DNA of 41,003 nt from UHGV virus genome UHGV-0224761, one strand, 5' to 3'. Of this stretch, positions 1-9,387 are shown one piece after another. The DNA is from a virus. A program made the position numbers and the translations under genes. A model generated the notes under the pieces. It was not told where the DNA came from and did not search any database. It saw only the letters and a program-made list of their open reading frames with translations. Numbering within the stretch: position 1 is the first letter of the stretch; every line of letters starts with the position of its first letter.

Positions 1-555
1 GCCGCCCTGTGTCAGCAGGGTAATTGCGTCATCCACCGGATGCATCAGGTACCAGGTTTTATTGCTCTGCTTGGTGATCTTAAATACACCCTCTGACAAC
101 TGAATTCCGCCATTCTTAATGCTCCAGCCCTGCGCAGCAGCGTCTCCGGCTGTCGGCAACAGGGAGATTGTGCGTACGGATGCATCTTCAGACGGCCCCG
201 ATGGCGTGTCGCCACCGGGCGAGGGTTTGATTTCCGGTGCCTTACCACTGATGAAGGCTGAGGTGCGCCCGGCTGCGTTCAGAATAGCGGTTGCCATACG
301 ATCCGGAATAATGCTCCTGCGCGCCCATGAACTGAAATGTGTCGGGCGGTTTGATGATACCTGGTTTCCATTCGTTCTCGATGCCGCACCGTAATATCCT
401 GATGCCGGAATATCCGGATCTTCTGCCGGTGCGTTAGTGGCGGTATTGACGCCGTTACCGTCTGTCATGAAGGGCACAAAATAAACGCCCTCACTCTCCC
501 TGTTTTTATACCCGCCGTACACGGTGTCGTACTGGGTAGCGTATGTATTTTTCCA
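1..555 (-). pseudogene. 3' fragment of a host SGNH/sialate-O-acetylesterase-like gene cut by the prophage; continues past the left edge of the window
   Basis: Minus-strand frame with no start codon reads ...WKNTYATQYDTVYGGYK...FVPFMTDGNG...HFSSWARR..., collinear with the C-terminal half of the 684-aa paralogue at 35366..37420. It joins in frame with the 5' fragment at 39779..40631 once the prophage is removed. Confidence 0.7.
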
Positions 556-560
556 GTAAT
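556..560. repeat. Left copy of a putative 5-bp target-site duplication (GTAAT)
   Basis: Lies immediately outside the TG-initiated prophage end; matches ATAAT at 39774..39778 in 4 of 5 positions, and either copy restores the codons TAT-TAC/TAT-TGG of the interrupted gene. Confidence 0.55.
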
Positions 561-740
561 TGTAACCAGGTGAATCATTTGATACCGACAAGGGTTTTAG
601 TGAAAGGAGGTGAAATCACCTGTAAGATGCTGAAATAAAACAGGTGATGTATACTTCGGACGGAAAACTCTTTTTGATACCGACTGCTCAACAAATAGTC
701 AAAAGATCAAAAAACGGCGACACATTTGATACTGCTAATT
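561..740 (+). repeat. Left end (attL) with three putative transposase-binding repeats
   Basis: Direct copies of TTTGATACCGA at 578..588 and 673..683 and a degenerate TTTGATACTGC at 726..736; the same motif occurs inverted at the right end. Confidence 0.6.
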
Positions 741-916
741 TACCCTTAAAATCTTCTTCAAAACATCTTCAAACTGCCAAAATGCTCACATAATCGATCT
801 AACTATAATCAGTATGATAATCATCATGAATTACTATTCAATAGCGTGATTATCTTGGGATGAGTCATATGATCTCTATATGTATTTACAGCACCACCTC
901 ATGATAGCGATGGCGC

Positions 917-1528
917 TTAACCAACAACATTTTTCTTTACTGTCACTGCCCCTGATTCCTGGGTGGCGTTATTGCTCGAGTTGTACTTCTCAATAACGCG
1001 CAAAATCTCTTTGTCTGTTTCTTCACTTCCCGCCATTCCTATCTTTATTGCATTTTTTAGTACGGGACGTAATGGCAAGGCATCAATGATGCTTTCTACC
1101 GCATCCTGGCTGATTGTAGATGTATTCATTGCTGCCAGCCTGACAAGGTTGTTAGTACCTTCTCGCCTGATGAATGTAAGGATTAATTGCTTCTCTTGGG
1201 GGCTTAGAGAGCTAAGCGCCTGATCAATACCCGAACCTGAATCGCAATTTTTTCCGATTTTTCCGCATTCATCTTCGTTCTTGCCTGTGGCCAACCAGTC
1301 GAGTGAACAATTACAGGCTTTAGCTATTAAGGCCAGTTTATCCAAAGGAGGGAAGTTTTTCCCCTTCCTGTAATTTCTTACTGTGGCTTCAGATAGTCCA
1401 CAAAGGGTCGCCAGTTCGACGTTTGTCATGTTTCCCATAGCCATAGCTAAGCGTTCTGAAAATCGGTTTATTCCTTCCATATCAATAAACCGTTCCGCAC
1501 TGGATACGGTTTTTTCTGCCTTATCCAT
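917..1528 (-). CDS. c: Mu-type repressor (c-like), helix-turn-helix
   Basis: 203-aa ORF divergent from ner at the left end, as in Mu; HTH-like segment ...NVELATLCGLSEATVRNYRKG.... Confidence 0.6.
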   Translation of the reverse strand: MDKAEKTVSSAERFIDMEGINRFSERLAMAMGNMTNVELATLCGLSEATVRNYRKGKNFPPLDKLALIAKACNCSLDWLATGKNEDECGKIGKNCDSGSGIDQALSSLSPQEKQLILTFIRREGTNNLVRLAAMNTSTISQDAVESIIDALPLRPVLKNAIKIGMAGSEETDKEILRVIEKYNSSNNATQESGAVTVKKNVVG

Positions 1529-1684
1529 ATAACCCCCTATAAAACAAAGAAATTATCGACATCGCATTTAATTTCGATATGCTCGCAAAAAACCGTTGAT
1601 ATCGAATTATTTTGCGATTATGATTTACCTAAATCGATAACCGGTTTTGATTATCGGTTCAGGTAAACATGAGAGGATCACACA
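1529..1684. promoter_or_regulatory. Divergent c/ner operator-promoter region with repeated TCGATA/TATCGA motifs
   Basis: 156-bp AT-rich intergenic region between divergent c and ner, with at least five copies of ATCGA(T/A)A-like half-sites (ttatcgacatcg, ttcgatatg, gatatcgaa, aatcgataac, gattatcgg). Confidence 0.5.
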
Positions 1685-1951
1685 ATGAGGGTATCCAGAC
1701 AAGCATCGAATAATTTGTTTGTTCGAGAGGGGTGTGACTGGTCTGCTAAAGCGGTATATGCAGCCCTTGAAAACAAAGGCACAGACCTCCCTGAACTGGA
1801 AAGGGAGTTAGGATTAAAAAGCGGATCAATGCGCAATGTGTTTTACCGCCAGTGCCGTAAATACGAAGCCGCCATCGCCGAAAAAATAGGGGTTGAACCT
1901 GCTGTAATCTGGCCCAGCAGATACCAGGTGGACGCCAGAGAAGTGGCTTGA
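1685..1951 (+). CDS. ner: Ner-like DNA-binding regulator
   Basis: C-terminal ...PAVIWPSRYQ... matches the conserved Ner/Nlp signature; sits between the repressor and the transposase; RBS agagga upstream. Confidence 0.85.
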   Translation: MRVSRQASNNLFVREGCDWSAKAVYAALENKGTDLPELERELGLKSGSMRNVFYRQCRKYEAAIAEKIGVEPAVIWPSRYQVDAREVA

Positions 1952-1961
1952 TGGGGGATGT

Positions 1962-4052
1962 ATGTGGGTAACAGCAAAAGAATGTGTTGGTCTTCCTGAT
2001 TTACCAATGATGGAACATAACATTCGCCATCGACTCACAAAAGCAGCTGCGGGAAATGCAGCCATGTTACGCAAACGTAAGGGGACAAAAGCAATCGAAT
2101 TTAATATCGATTGTTTGCCTTCTGGCGCGCAACAAGTATTGCGTGAACGTTATGCCCTTCAACTGATGACGCAAAAAGCTGATGAATCACCGGCTCCGGT
2201 GGTGACAAAGGCCAGACGCTCATCTGCCGTGGTTGATGCGGTGGAGGCATATCGCGGATCACCACAACTGATGCTCGAACGCCTCAATGCCCTGACTGAA
2301 AACCAGCGCCAGGTGGCTGATGCACGAATCGCGATCGTCAGCGAAGTTCTGAAAGTCGCGCAACAACCTGGTTTCAGCTGTGCGAAGGCTATCCGGTTTA
2401 TCGTTGACAACCTGGCACGTTCGCAACTGGACGAGCGCATTGTGGCAATGGTTGAGACGGCGAACGCCAAAAAGGGAAACAGCCGTGCGTTGAGTGAAAT
2501 CACGCTGAAACGCTGGATTGCGGCCTTTAACAAGGCACAGAACGCCGCTGAACGCCTGCTTTTACTGGCACCGGGTAAACGCCAGGAAATAAAAGCCGAA
2601 GATATTAACTGGCTGCCCGAATTTCTGGCGCAGTATCGCCAGTCAAACGGCCGACCAATGACCGAGGCTTACGAGGATTTTGTTGCTGAATGGCAGCACC
2701 GGCACGCTGATGAGCCTTATATGCTCGATATCATGCCCTCTTATGACACCATTCGCCGCGCAATGAAGAAACTGCCGGAAGTGGTGAAACAAAAAGGCCG
2801 GGTAACTGGCAGTGAATACCGTCAGCTTGAGGGATTCACGCGCCGCGACTGGTCCAGAATGCCGGTGAATTATGTCTGGATTGGTGACGGTCACGGCATG
2901 AAGCTGAAATGCGCGCACCCGGTTCACGGGCGGCCATTCGCACCGGAAGTGACCTTTGTTATCGACGGTGGCACGCGCTTTGTGGTGGGCTGGAGCCTTG
3001 ACCTGGCTGAAAATGTTTTCGCCGTAGCCGGTGCCATACAGCACGGTATTCGCCATCATGGCAAACCGTTTCTGTATTACTCGGATAATGGCTCCGGGGA
3101 AACCGCCGACGTCCTGGATAAGGAGATTGTGGGGATACTGCCACGACTGGGGATTAATCACCCGACAGGGATTGCCGGTAATCCGCAGGGACGGGGCATT
3201 ATCGAACGGCTTAACCGCACATTACCGATGCGCATAGCCCGTAAATACCGCACCTATTTCGGGAAAGGAGCAGATCGCGAGACGTTACGTAAAACCAACC
3301 GCGATTTACGCTCGGCATTCAGTGCCCTGCAACAGGGCAAACGGCTGAACGCCCGGCAGCAGTCAGCGATGCGTGATTTACCGTCCTGGTCTGAACTGAT
3401 TGATGCCATTCGTGACGGTGTTGAGTGGTACAACAACCGGCCGCACGATGAATTACCCATGAAGCCGAACGGTAAACATTACAGCCCGGCGGAGTTCAGA
3501 AAAAAACGCCTGGCGGAAGAGGACACGGAAATTGAATGGCTGTCCGATGTTGAACTGCGGGATATGTTCCGGCCGATGGTGGAGCGCCCTGTAAGACGCT
3601 GTGAAATACGCTGGCTGAATAATATTTACTACGCGCCCGAGCTGCGTGACGAGCATGGCCGTAAGGTACTTATCAGCTATGACATTCATGATGCCGAACG
3701 AATTACCGTGCGCCGCCCGGATGGCAGCGTGATTTGCGAGGCGGTATGGGACGGCAATAAACGCGAAGCCTTCCCTGTCAGCGCGGAATACTACAAACAG
3801 CAGCAGCGCCTTAAAGGCATGCGTAAACGCGCAGAGGAAAAAATCCGTGATGCCGAGGATGAGGTTGTCAACGTGCTGGAGCACAAGCCGCAGGAGCCCT
3901 GGCTGGAAAACATATACCGCCCTGTGGGTAATACGGTGACCGTTCAGCAACCGGTCGCTGACGATGAACCTGATGAAGAATACGAGCGTAATTTCCAGCG
4001 GGGATTGCAACTGCTCGAAGCGAAATTAAAAGAAAGTGATCCGCTGGCCTGA
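1962..4052 (+). CDS. A: MuA-type DDE transposase
   Basis: 696 aa; N-terminus MWVTAKECVGLPDLP resembles the MuA N-terminus; central ...WIGDGHGMKL... DDE-core-like region; Mu position. Confidence 0.9.
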   Translation: MWVTAKECVGLPDLPMMEHNIRHRLTKAAAGNAAMLRKRKGTKAIEFNIDCLPSGAQQVLRERYALQLMTQKADESPAPVVTKARRSSAVVDAVEAYRGSPQLMLERLNALTENQRQVADARIAIVSEVLKVAQQPGFSCAKAIRFIVDNLARSQLDERIVAMVETANAKKGNSRALSEITLKRWIAAFNKAQNAAERLLLLAPGKRQEIKAEDINWLPEFLAQYRQSNGRPMTEAYEDFVAEWQHRHADEPYMLDIMPSYDTIRRAMKKLPEVVKQKGRVTGSEYRQLEGFTRRDWSRMPVNYVWIGDGHGMKLKCAHPVHGRPFAPEVTFVIDGGTRFVVGWSLDLAENVFAVAGAIQHGIRHHGKPFLYYSDNGSGETADVLDKEIVGILPRLGINHPTGIAGNPQGRGIIERLNRTLPMRIARKYRTYFGKGADRETLRKTNRDLRSAFSALQQGKRLNARQQSAMRDLPSWSELIDAIRDGVEWYNNRPHDELPMKPNGKHYSPAEFRKKRLAEEDTEIEWLSDVELRDMFRPMVERPVRRCEIRWLNNIYYAPELRDEHGRKVLISYDIHDAERITVRRPDGSVICEAVWDGNKREAFPVSAEYYKQQQRLKGMRKRAEEKIRDAEDEVVNVLEHKPQEPWLENIYRPVGNTVTVQQPVADDEPDEEYERNFQRGLQLLEAKLKESDPLA

Positions 4053-4125
4053 AATAAAAAAATAACCCGAGGGGTGACTCAGGTTATTTGAGGTTTCAGT
4101 CTCGGAGAATGCTGTCTCAAGCGAG

Positions 4126-5067
4126 GTGAATAATATGACCGATATTAACGATGTAATCAAGACCATTGATGAACTTATTGATGGCGGCGTACTGACGCAG
4201 TATGCCATCGCCAGAGAGGCGGGAATTTCCGACGGCACATTATCGGCTTTCCGTAAGGGAAAATATAAAGGCGATAACGCTGCTGTGGCTGCTTCCCTGC
4301 GCTCCTGGTATGAGAACTGGAATAAACAAAGCGCACTGCCGGAACCGCCGCAGTTTGTGGAAACTCAGACAGTCCAGGAGCTGCGCGCACTGTTTCAGGC
4401 GGTTCGCCTGATGGGCTGTATTAACGTTATTGTGGGCGTACCGGGTGTGGGTAAAACGGCCACTGCCCGTAATTACTGCCAGGAGCAACCAAACACCTGG
4501 ATGATCACCCTGTCACCCGCGCACTCCAGCGTCACGGAGTGTCTGCTGGAGCTGGCCGATGCGCTGGGGATTGATTACACCCGCGCGAACAAAGGGGCAT
4601 TATCCCGCGCCATCCGCCGTCGCCTGATGGGAACGCGTGGACTGGTGATTGTGGATGAGGCGGATCATCTTGGTATTGACGGTCTGGAGCAACTCCGGGC
4701 AATTCAGGACGCCACGGGGATCGGGATGGTGCTTATTGGTAACCCGCGCGGATTGTTTAAAGGTGGACGCCGCGCCTTTGATGATTTATCGCGCCTGTTC
4801 AGCCGTCTTGCCCGTACAAAACAACTTCGCAAGGCCAAAAAGGCGGATGTGCTGGCCATTGCCATGGCGTGGGGGATCAGTGGTGAGGCTGAGCTGGCCG
4901 TCATGCAGGCTATCGCTGAAAAGCCGGGAGCGTTACGCGTTCTGACACATACGCTTAACCAGGCGTGGCTCACCGCCAGCGGTGAAGGCGCGGCGCTGAC
5001 AGAAAAACATATTAATGCGGCCTTTAAAGAGGTTTATACCAACCCTGAATTACTCTCACAGGTGTGA
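4126..5067 (+). CDS. B: MuB-type AAA+ transposition target-DNA activator
   Basis: 313 aa; N-terminal HTH (ISDGTLSAFRKGKYKGDN), Walker A GVPGVGKT, Walker B VIVDEADHL; collinear with Mu B. Confidence 0.9.
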   Translation: MNNMTDINDVIKTIDELIDGGVLTQYAIAREAGISDGTLSAFRKGKYKGDNAAVAASLRSWYENWNKQSALPEPPQFVETQTVQELRALFQAVRLMGCINVIVGVPGVGKTATARNYCQEQPNTWMITLSPAHSSVTECLLELADALGIDYTRANKGALSRAIRRRLMGTRGLVIVDEADHLGIDGLEQLRAIQDATGIGMVLIGNPRGLFKGGRRAFDDLSRLFSRLARTKQLRKAKKADVLAIAMAWGISGEAELAVMQAIAEKPGALRVLTHTLNQAWLTASGEGAALTEKHINAAFKEVYTNPELLSQV

Positions 5068-5069
5068 TT

Positions 5070-5291
5070 ATGGCGGTATTTAATATTCCTGATATTTACG
5101 GACGCTTTTACCTGGTTAATTTCGATAACGTGAAGGTGATTTCACTGGCCGAAAATAAAGAATGTGGCGATTTACTTTTTGAATTTAATGACCGCACACG
5201 AATGGTGATATCTGCCGGACTTGATCGCGAAGGTGCGACAGAAGTTTACAGCGGAATATGCCGTTCTGTTGGTGCGAAACAAGTCAGCTAA
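5070..5291 (+). CDS. Hypothetical small early protein (kil position)
   Basis: ORF overlapping the B stop codon; assigned by position only. Confidence 0.4.
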   Translation: MAVFNIPDIYGRFYLVNFDNVKVISLAENKECGDLLFEFNDRTRMVISAGLDREGATEVYSGICRSVGAKQVS

Positions 5292-5303
5292 ATGAGGTGT
5301 TAT

Positions 5304-5558
5304 ATGAATATGCAATCCTGCGGTAACAAAATGAATTTATTCGACTCCCTGAACAGCGCGCGCCGTCTGACCGAACTTGCCGGTGCGGTACTGGAACGCA
5401 GTAAGCGCTATCCGCAACGTTTTGCACTGAAAACCACGCCGCCGGTAGGCAACGTGCAGGGAACCGGTGAAATTGAAATCACCATACAGACCAACGGCCT
5501 GCGCCGCCGTGTGAAGGCCACCCGCATCAGCGGCTGCACGGTTTACTGGGAGGTGTGA
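5304..5558 (+). CDS. Hypothetical early protein
   Basis: ORF with RBS gaggtg; compact early operon. Confidence 0.4.
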   Translation: MNMQSCGNKMNLFDSLNSARRLTELAGAVLERSKRYPQRFALKTTPPVGNVQGTGEIEITIQTNGLRRRVKATRISGCTVYWEV

Positions 5559-5559
5559 G

Positions 5560-5841
5560 GTGAAAAAAAATCTCATTGCATGGGCGTGGTCGAGTGGTCT
5601 TATTGAGTTTGGTTACGTCCTGCCGGAAGGTGCATTGCCGATAGTTGCCGGAAAGCCTGCCACGGTACGGCATGTGATTGAGGTTATGGCGCGTCATGGA
5701 CGTGATGAACAGGAGCAGTTACTGGTTCCGGGGATACCGGAAGCGGTGACGGAGGAAGAAGCCTTTAATGCCATGATTCGGTTCTGCCGTGAGGTTAGAC
5801 GCCGGGTCAGTTATCCAAACAGAACGAGGACCAGAGGATGA
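5560..5841 (+). CDS. Hypothetical early protein (GTG start)
   Basis: ORF with RBS ggaggtg; start codon overlaps the upstream stop. Confidence 0.4.
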   Translation: MKKNLIAWAWSSGLIEFGYVLPEGALPIVAGKPATVRHVIEVMARHGRDEQEQLLVPGIPEAVTEEEAFNAMIRFCREVRRRVSYPNRTRTRG

Positions 5842-6110
5842 GTAAAGTCGTACGCATTATTTTCGAATATAAGGAGCACGTTATCCATAAAAACGCTGAT
5901 GGAACAGTGCGCATGGGGGTAAGTCTGGACATACGTTCAACCGGGATAAAGCAGAAAGGTGATGGACCCGCCATGATTTTTGGGGTGGTTATGCTGGCAG
6001 AAAGCAGAAACTTCGCAGAGTTTGTGGCAATGAAAGCCAGTGCATTCATGAAAGACAGAGGCATGACTTCCGGGGTTATTAACGGTAATGAATTTAATCA
6101 ACAGGGGTAA
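5838..6110 (+). CDS. Hypothetical early protein, paralogue 1 (MSKVVRIIFEY...)
   Basis: ORF with RBS agagg; N-terminus similar to the next gene. Confidence 0.45.
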   Translation: MSKVVRIIFEYKEHVIHKNADGTVRMGVSLDIRSTGIKQKGDGPAMIFGVVMLAESRNFAEFVAMKASAFMKDRGMTSGVINGNEFNQQG

Positions 6111-6114
6111 TTCC

Positions 6115-6408
6115 ATGAGCAAAGTACGCGTTATTTTTGAATTTAATCATGTTTCGCATGACGAAAAGTTGGCAGGCAATGACTGTGTTGAAGTGCATGA
6201 AAAGATTGGAGTGGATGTGAAAACAGAACGTGATACGGATAACAGGCCGACGTCACTCTGTGACGTTTATGCAAGTATTCTCCAGTATCACAGTCCTGCA
6301 ATTATTCAGTTTCTCTCAGCGGAATTTCAGGCATCTGCACAGTCTTTTGGAGCGGATGCCATCATTAAACGCCACCGCGTGCATAAAGCATCAGGCACAC
6401 TGCAATAA
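6115..6408 (+). CDS. Hypothetical early protein, paralogue 2 (MSKVRVIFEF...)
   Basis: Internal ATG of the 6088 ORF gives an N-terminus paralogous to the preceding gene. Confidence 0.45.
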   Translation: MSKVRVIFEFNHVSHDEKLAGNDCVEVHEKIGVDVKTERDTDNRPTSLCDVYASILQYHSPAIIQFLSAEFQASAQSFGADAIIKRHRVHKASGTLQ

Positions 6409-6419
6409 GGAAAAACAAA

Positions 6420-6950
6420 ATGGCTAAACGCGTTACAAAATTAAAGGCCGCAGCCGAGGCGGCACCGCAGACCCGGGAAGAAGTCAGCCGTGATATCCGC
6501 ACCCTGGGAGATATTCAGCGAGAGGCGCTGCGCCTGGAAACGGCGATGAATGACGAAGTGGCAGAAATCACCGCCCGTTATACGCCGCAGATTGAAAATC
6601 TTAAAAAGCAAATCAAAGTGCTTTTTAAAGGGATTCAGGACTGGTGCAAAACCAACCGTGATGAGCTGACGAACGGCGGCAAAACCAAAACAGCCAATCT
6701 GACCACCGGAACGGTGTCATGGCGGCTGGGAACGCCATCATGCAGCGTCAGCCGTGATGTGGAAGGTGTGATTGAAATGCTGCGCCGTATGGGGCTTGAG
6801 CGTTTCATCCGCACGAAAGAGGAAGTGAACAAGGAAGCCGTCCTGGCGGAGCCGGATGCTGTGAAAGGCATTGCCGGTATCAAGGTGAATAAAGGCGCTG
6901 AAAGTTTTTATGTCGAGCCTTTTGAACAGGACGCCGGACTGAATAAATAA
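6420..6950 (+). CDS. gam: Gam host-nuclease inhibitor (Ku-like DNA-end-binding)
   Basis: 176 aa; ...GDIQREALRLETAMNDEVAEIT... and ...NRDELTNGGKTKTANLTTGTVSWR...RFIRTKEEVNKEA... closely parallel Mu Gam. Confidence 0.9.
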   Translation: MAKRVTKLKAAAEAAPQTREEVSRDIRTLGDIQREALRLETAMNDEVAEITARYTPQIENLKKQIKVLFKGIQDWCKTNRDELTNGGKTKTANLTTGTVSWRLGTPSCSVSRDVEGVIEMLRRMGLERFIRTKEEVNKEAVLAEPDAVKGIAGIKVNKGAESFYVEPFEQDAGLNK

Positions 6951-7095
6951 CACCGCATTAATCAATTAAATATCACTTCATTTTAATTATGGCGCTCGCG
7001 TCAGGGGACTGCTTGCGCCTGAAAACAGAAAATAAGGGTTAAGAAATATGAAATACGTTTATATCGTCATTAATAATGTGGTGGGGAAATAAATC

Positions 7096-7629
7096 ATGAT
7101 TGATGCAAAAGTGCTTGAAGGGGTTAAAAACTGGCTGCGTATTTATGGCCGCCTGACCTGCGGTGTACTGGCTGAAAAAATGAATATGCCGCCATCCTCC
7201 ATGGTTTATTTTCTGCGTGATGCGGTTGATGCAGGCGTGCTGACGGAATGTAACGGTTTTTATGATATTCCGCGCCCCCGCCCGGTGCAGCCGGTTCGTC
7301 GCAAATGCAGCCAGGAATCTGCGGCTGATGATGTTCAGTGGTGCAGCTTCAGAAAATCCCTGCCATGGATTGAGGGGCATGATATTCCGTCGATGGCGTG
7401 GGAATTTGCTCAGGGCGTTCTGACCTGTGAAACCGTTTATGTGGTGGCTGAAGTTGATGAGCAGGCCATGAAAGAAGGCGTGCCCCAGTTTGTGATGGCG
7501 TATATCGACATACGCCTGGGCGTCATTATCTGCGGTTTAAGCGGCTGGAATATCACTGAACATGTTCTGCGCTACCTGATTGTTGACCGGACAGCAGCGC
7601 CTGCCGGGATATCTGCGGAGGTGGCGTAA
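7096..7629 (+). CDS. Hypothetical early protein
   Basis: 177-aa ORF with RBS. Confidence 0.4.
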   Translation: MIDAKVLEGVKNWLRIYGRLTCGVLAEKMNMPPSSMVYFLRDAVDAGVLTECNGFYDIPRPRPVQPVRRKCSQESAADDVQWCSFRKSLPWIEGHDIPSMAWEFAQGVLTCETVYVVAEVDEQAMKEGVPQFVMAYIDIRLGVIICGLSGWNITEHVLRYLIVDRTAAPAGISAEVA

Positions 7630-8144
7630 TGTTCTTTAAAACATCAAACCCTTCCGCGCTGGCTGCGTGGCAAAAATACCAGCAGGACTGCCAGAAAGTT
7701 AAGGATGAGGCAAAACGCCTTGAGGCCGTGCTGAATGTTGCGTGCCGGTCGGTATTTGTATCCGGTATCAGTGGATTTTGCTTTAAGGGACTGCGTTTTA
7801 CGGAGGACAAATATCCTTTTCATCGCGACTTATGGCGAAAACCGACTGCGTCGAATGGCTGGAGCTGCACACCGCGCACATCACGTATCCCTAAAACCCT
7901 GCGTGTTGCCTCTGATGAACTGAACAGTCTGTGGCGTGAATATTCGCCCGTCACGTATGCCAGAACCGATGCGCTGTTGTTCTGGCTGGGTATTGATTTC
8001 TCGGCAATCCTGTTTGGCCCTGTGAAGTGGTTCTGCGTTGACGATGTGATTTACCTTCAGTGCGGCGTAAAACCCGCAAAACAGAAAATGACCGAAATAC
8101 TGTCTGATGAGTTTTATGCTGCTGAAAAGCGAGTCAGGGGGTGA
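7629..8144 (+). CDS. Hypothetical early protein
   Basis: 171-aa ORF, translationally coupled (start overlaps upstream stop). Confidence 0.4.
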   Translation: MFFKTSNPSALAAWQKYQQDCQKVKDEAKRLEAVLNVACRSVFVSGISGFCFKGLRFTEDKYPFHRDLWRKPTASNGWSCTPRTSRIPKTLRVASDELNSLWREYSPVTYARTDALLFWLGIDFSAILFGPVKWFCVDDVIYLQCGVKPAKQKMTEILSDEFYAAEKRVRG

Positions 8145-8147
8145 TGT

Positions 8148-8699
8148 ATGATGATTTTACAACCCATGGGGCGAAAAGGTCGCGCCCCCGCTCATGTCCG
8201 TCCGTGGACACCTGAAGAAGATGCGCTGCTGATTGCGCTTTATTCATCCCCCCCGGTTAAGGATATTGCTGCCAGAATAAAAAGAACTGTCTGGGCTGTA
8301 TATAACCGGACTGGTGTATTGCGCAGTTCATACCCGGAGTTACTGAAATATAAACACCCAAGATTTACACCTGATGAAGATAAGTTTATTCGAAAAAATG
8401 CCAGAGCAATGACCTGCCAGCAAATGGGAGAATATCTCGGACGTAATAAAGATTCTGTCAGATGTCGGGCAGGAATGATTGGTGCTGGATTAACAAAGTG
8501 CGGAGAGTTACGCCCCGGCACGCGCATATCTGATGATGATGTACGTCTTATACGTGCGCTGCGTGATTCCGATTACCCACGCCGTCTGTCATTCCGGGAA
8601 ATTGGCGAAAAGTTTGGAATATCTGAACATTCTGCTCACGCAGTTTATTACCGTCGCCGGACTGCCGAGGACGCTGTATTACGGGAGTTAACGCCATGA
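8148..8699 (+). CDS. Hypothetical protein with three tandem HTH-like repeats
   Basis: Three roughly 45-aa modules begin WTPEEDALL..., FTPDEDKFI..., ISDDDVRLI..., each followed by a helix-turn-helix-like stretch. Confidence 0.45.
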   Translation: MMILQPMGRKGRAPAHVRPWTPEEDALLIALYSSPPVKDIAARIKRTVWAVYNRTGVLRSSYPELLKYKHPRFTPDEDKFIRKNARAMTCQQMGEYLGRNKDSVRCRAGMIGAGLTKCGELRPGTRISDDDVRLIRALRDSDYPRRLSFREIGEKFGISEHSAHAVYYRRRTAEDAVLRELTP

Positions 8700-9025
8700 T
8701 AACGACCTTATTTGTTGAATCAGATGAACCTCTTGTGTGTGCCGCCGGAATGCCGCTCTGTGGCGGAACGCTGACCGGTGTTTATTTCGGGGATTTACGC
8801 GGTTATCCCTGGCATTCACTGAATGATGCTTTCCCACCTGATATGGAGGCTGTCGTGCTGATTGTTCAGTATGGTCACCGTCAGGAGCTGCGCATCGGCC
8901 ATATGGGGTATGAAGGCTTTTTTGTTGATGAAGAAACCGGAGCCTGCCTTGAAGATGAAGACGGACAGGTGACGCACTGGTGTCATATTTCGGCTTTACC
9001 GGAATTACGGGAGGTGAATGCGTGA
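8696..9025 (+). CDS. Hypothetical early protein
   Basis: 109-aa ORF, coupled start. Confidence 0.4.
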   Translation: MITTLFVESDEPLVCAAGMPLCGGTLTGVYFGDLRGYPWHSLNDAFPPDMEAVVLIVQYGHRQELRIGHMGYEGFFVDEETGACLEDEDGQVTHWCHISALPELREVNA

Positions 9026-9372
9026 GAAGTTATATTGATAATGAAAAGCTGGAGACAATAAGCGACTGTCTTAGCTTGCTGGCAAAAATCAAAGAAACTA
9101 TTGAAGAGATTAAATTTCAGCTTGAATACGCACCATGTGGCGATGATGCATGGCGTAATGCTGCCAGAAAAGCACTGGCTGTCTTTCAGAAACAACGCCG
9201 GGCTGTTGAATACCGCCTTGCTGTATTGCGCCAGGAGGAAAAGGAAAGAAATATAAGACGTCATGAACGCGTTAATGACTTCCTTGTTCGTGAATTAAAA
9301 GGGCGCGTGCCGGAGTCGGTATTTTTTGAATGTGAGGCTATAGCCCGTAGCAAAGCACTGGAAACAGATTAA
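9022..9372 (+). CDS. Hypothetical coiled-coil protein (GTG start)
   Basis: GTG start preceded by gggagg, overlapping the upstream stop; the track ORF 8980..9372 shares this frame. Confidence 0.4.
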   Translation: MRSYIDNEKLETISDCLSLLAKIKETIEEIKFQLEYAPCGDDAWRNAARKALAVFQKQRRAVEYRLAVLRQEEKERNIRRHERVNDFLVRELKGRVPESVFFECEAIARSKALETD

Positions 9373-9387
9373 GCAGGCTGGTGAATA

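Noticed and set aside
45-394. Track ORFs 45..248 (minus) and 119..394 (plus) at the left edge
   Set aside because: They lie in wrong frames over the minus-strand esterase fragment; the frame matching the paralogue has no start codon here because it is the 3' half of the interrupted gene.
2159-3460. Minus-strand ORFs inside the transposase A gene (2159..2533, 2643..3161, 3254..3460 and others)
   Set aside because: Antisense open frames of a GC-rich coding region; no RBS or context, and A is unambiguous on the plus strand.
6951-7095. Tiny ORF (MKYVYIVINNVVGK) and hairpin in the gam-downstream spacer
   Set aside because: Too short and without independent support; noted only as a possible leader peptide.
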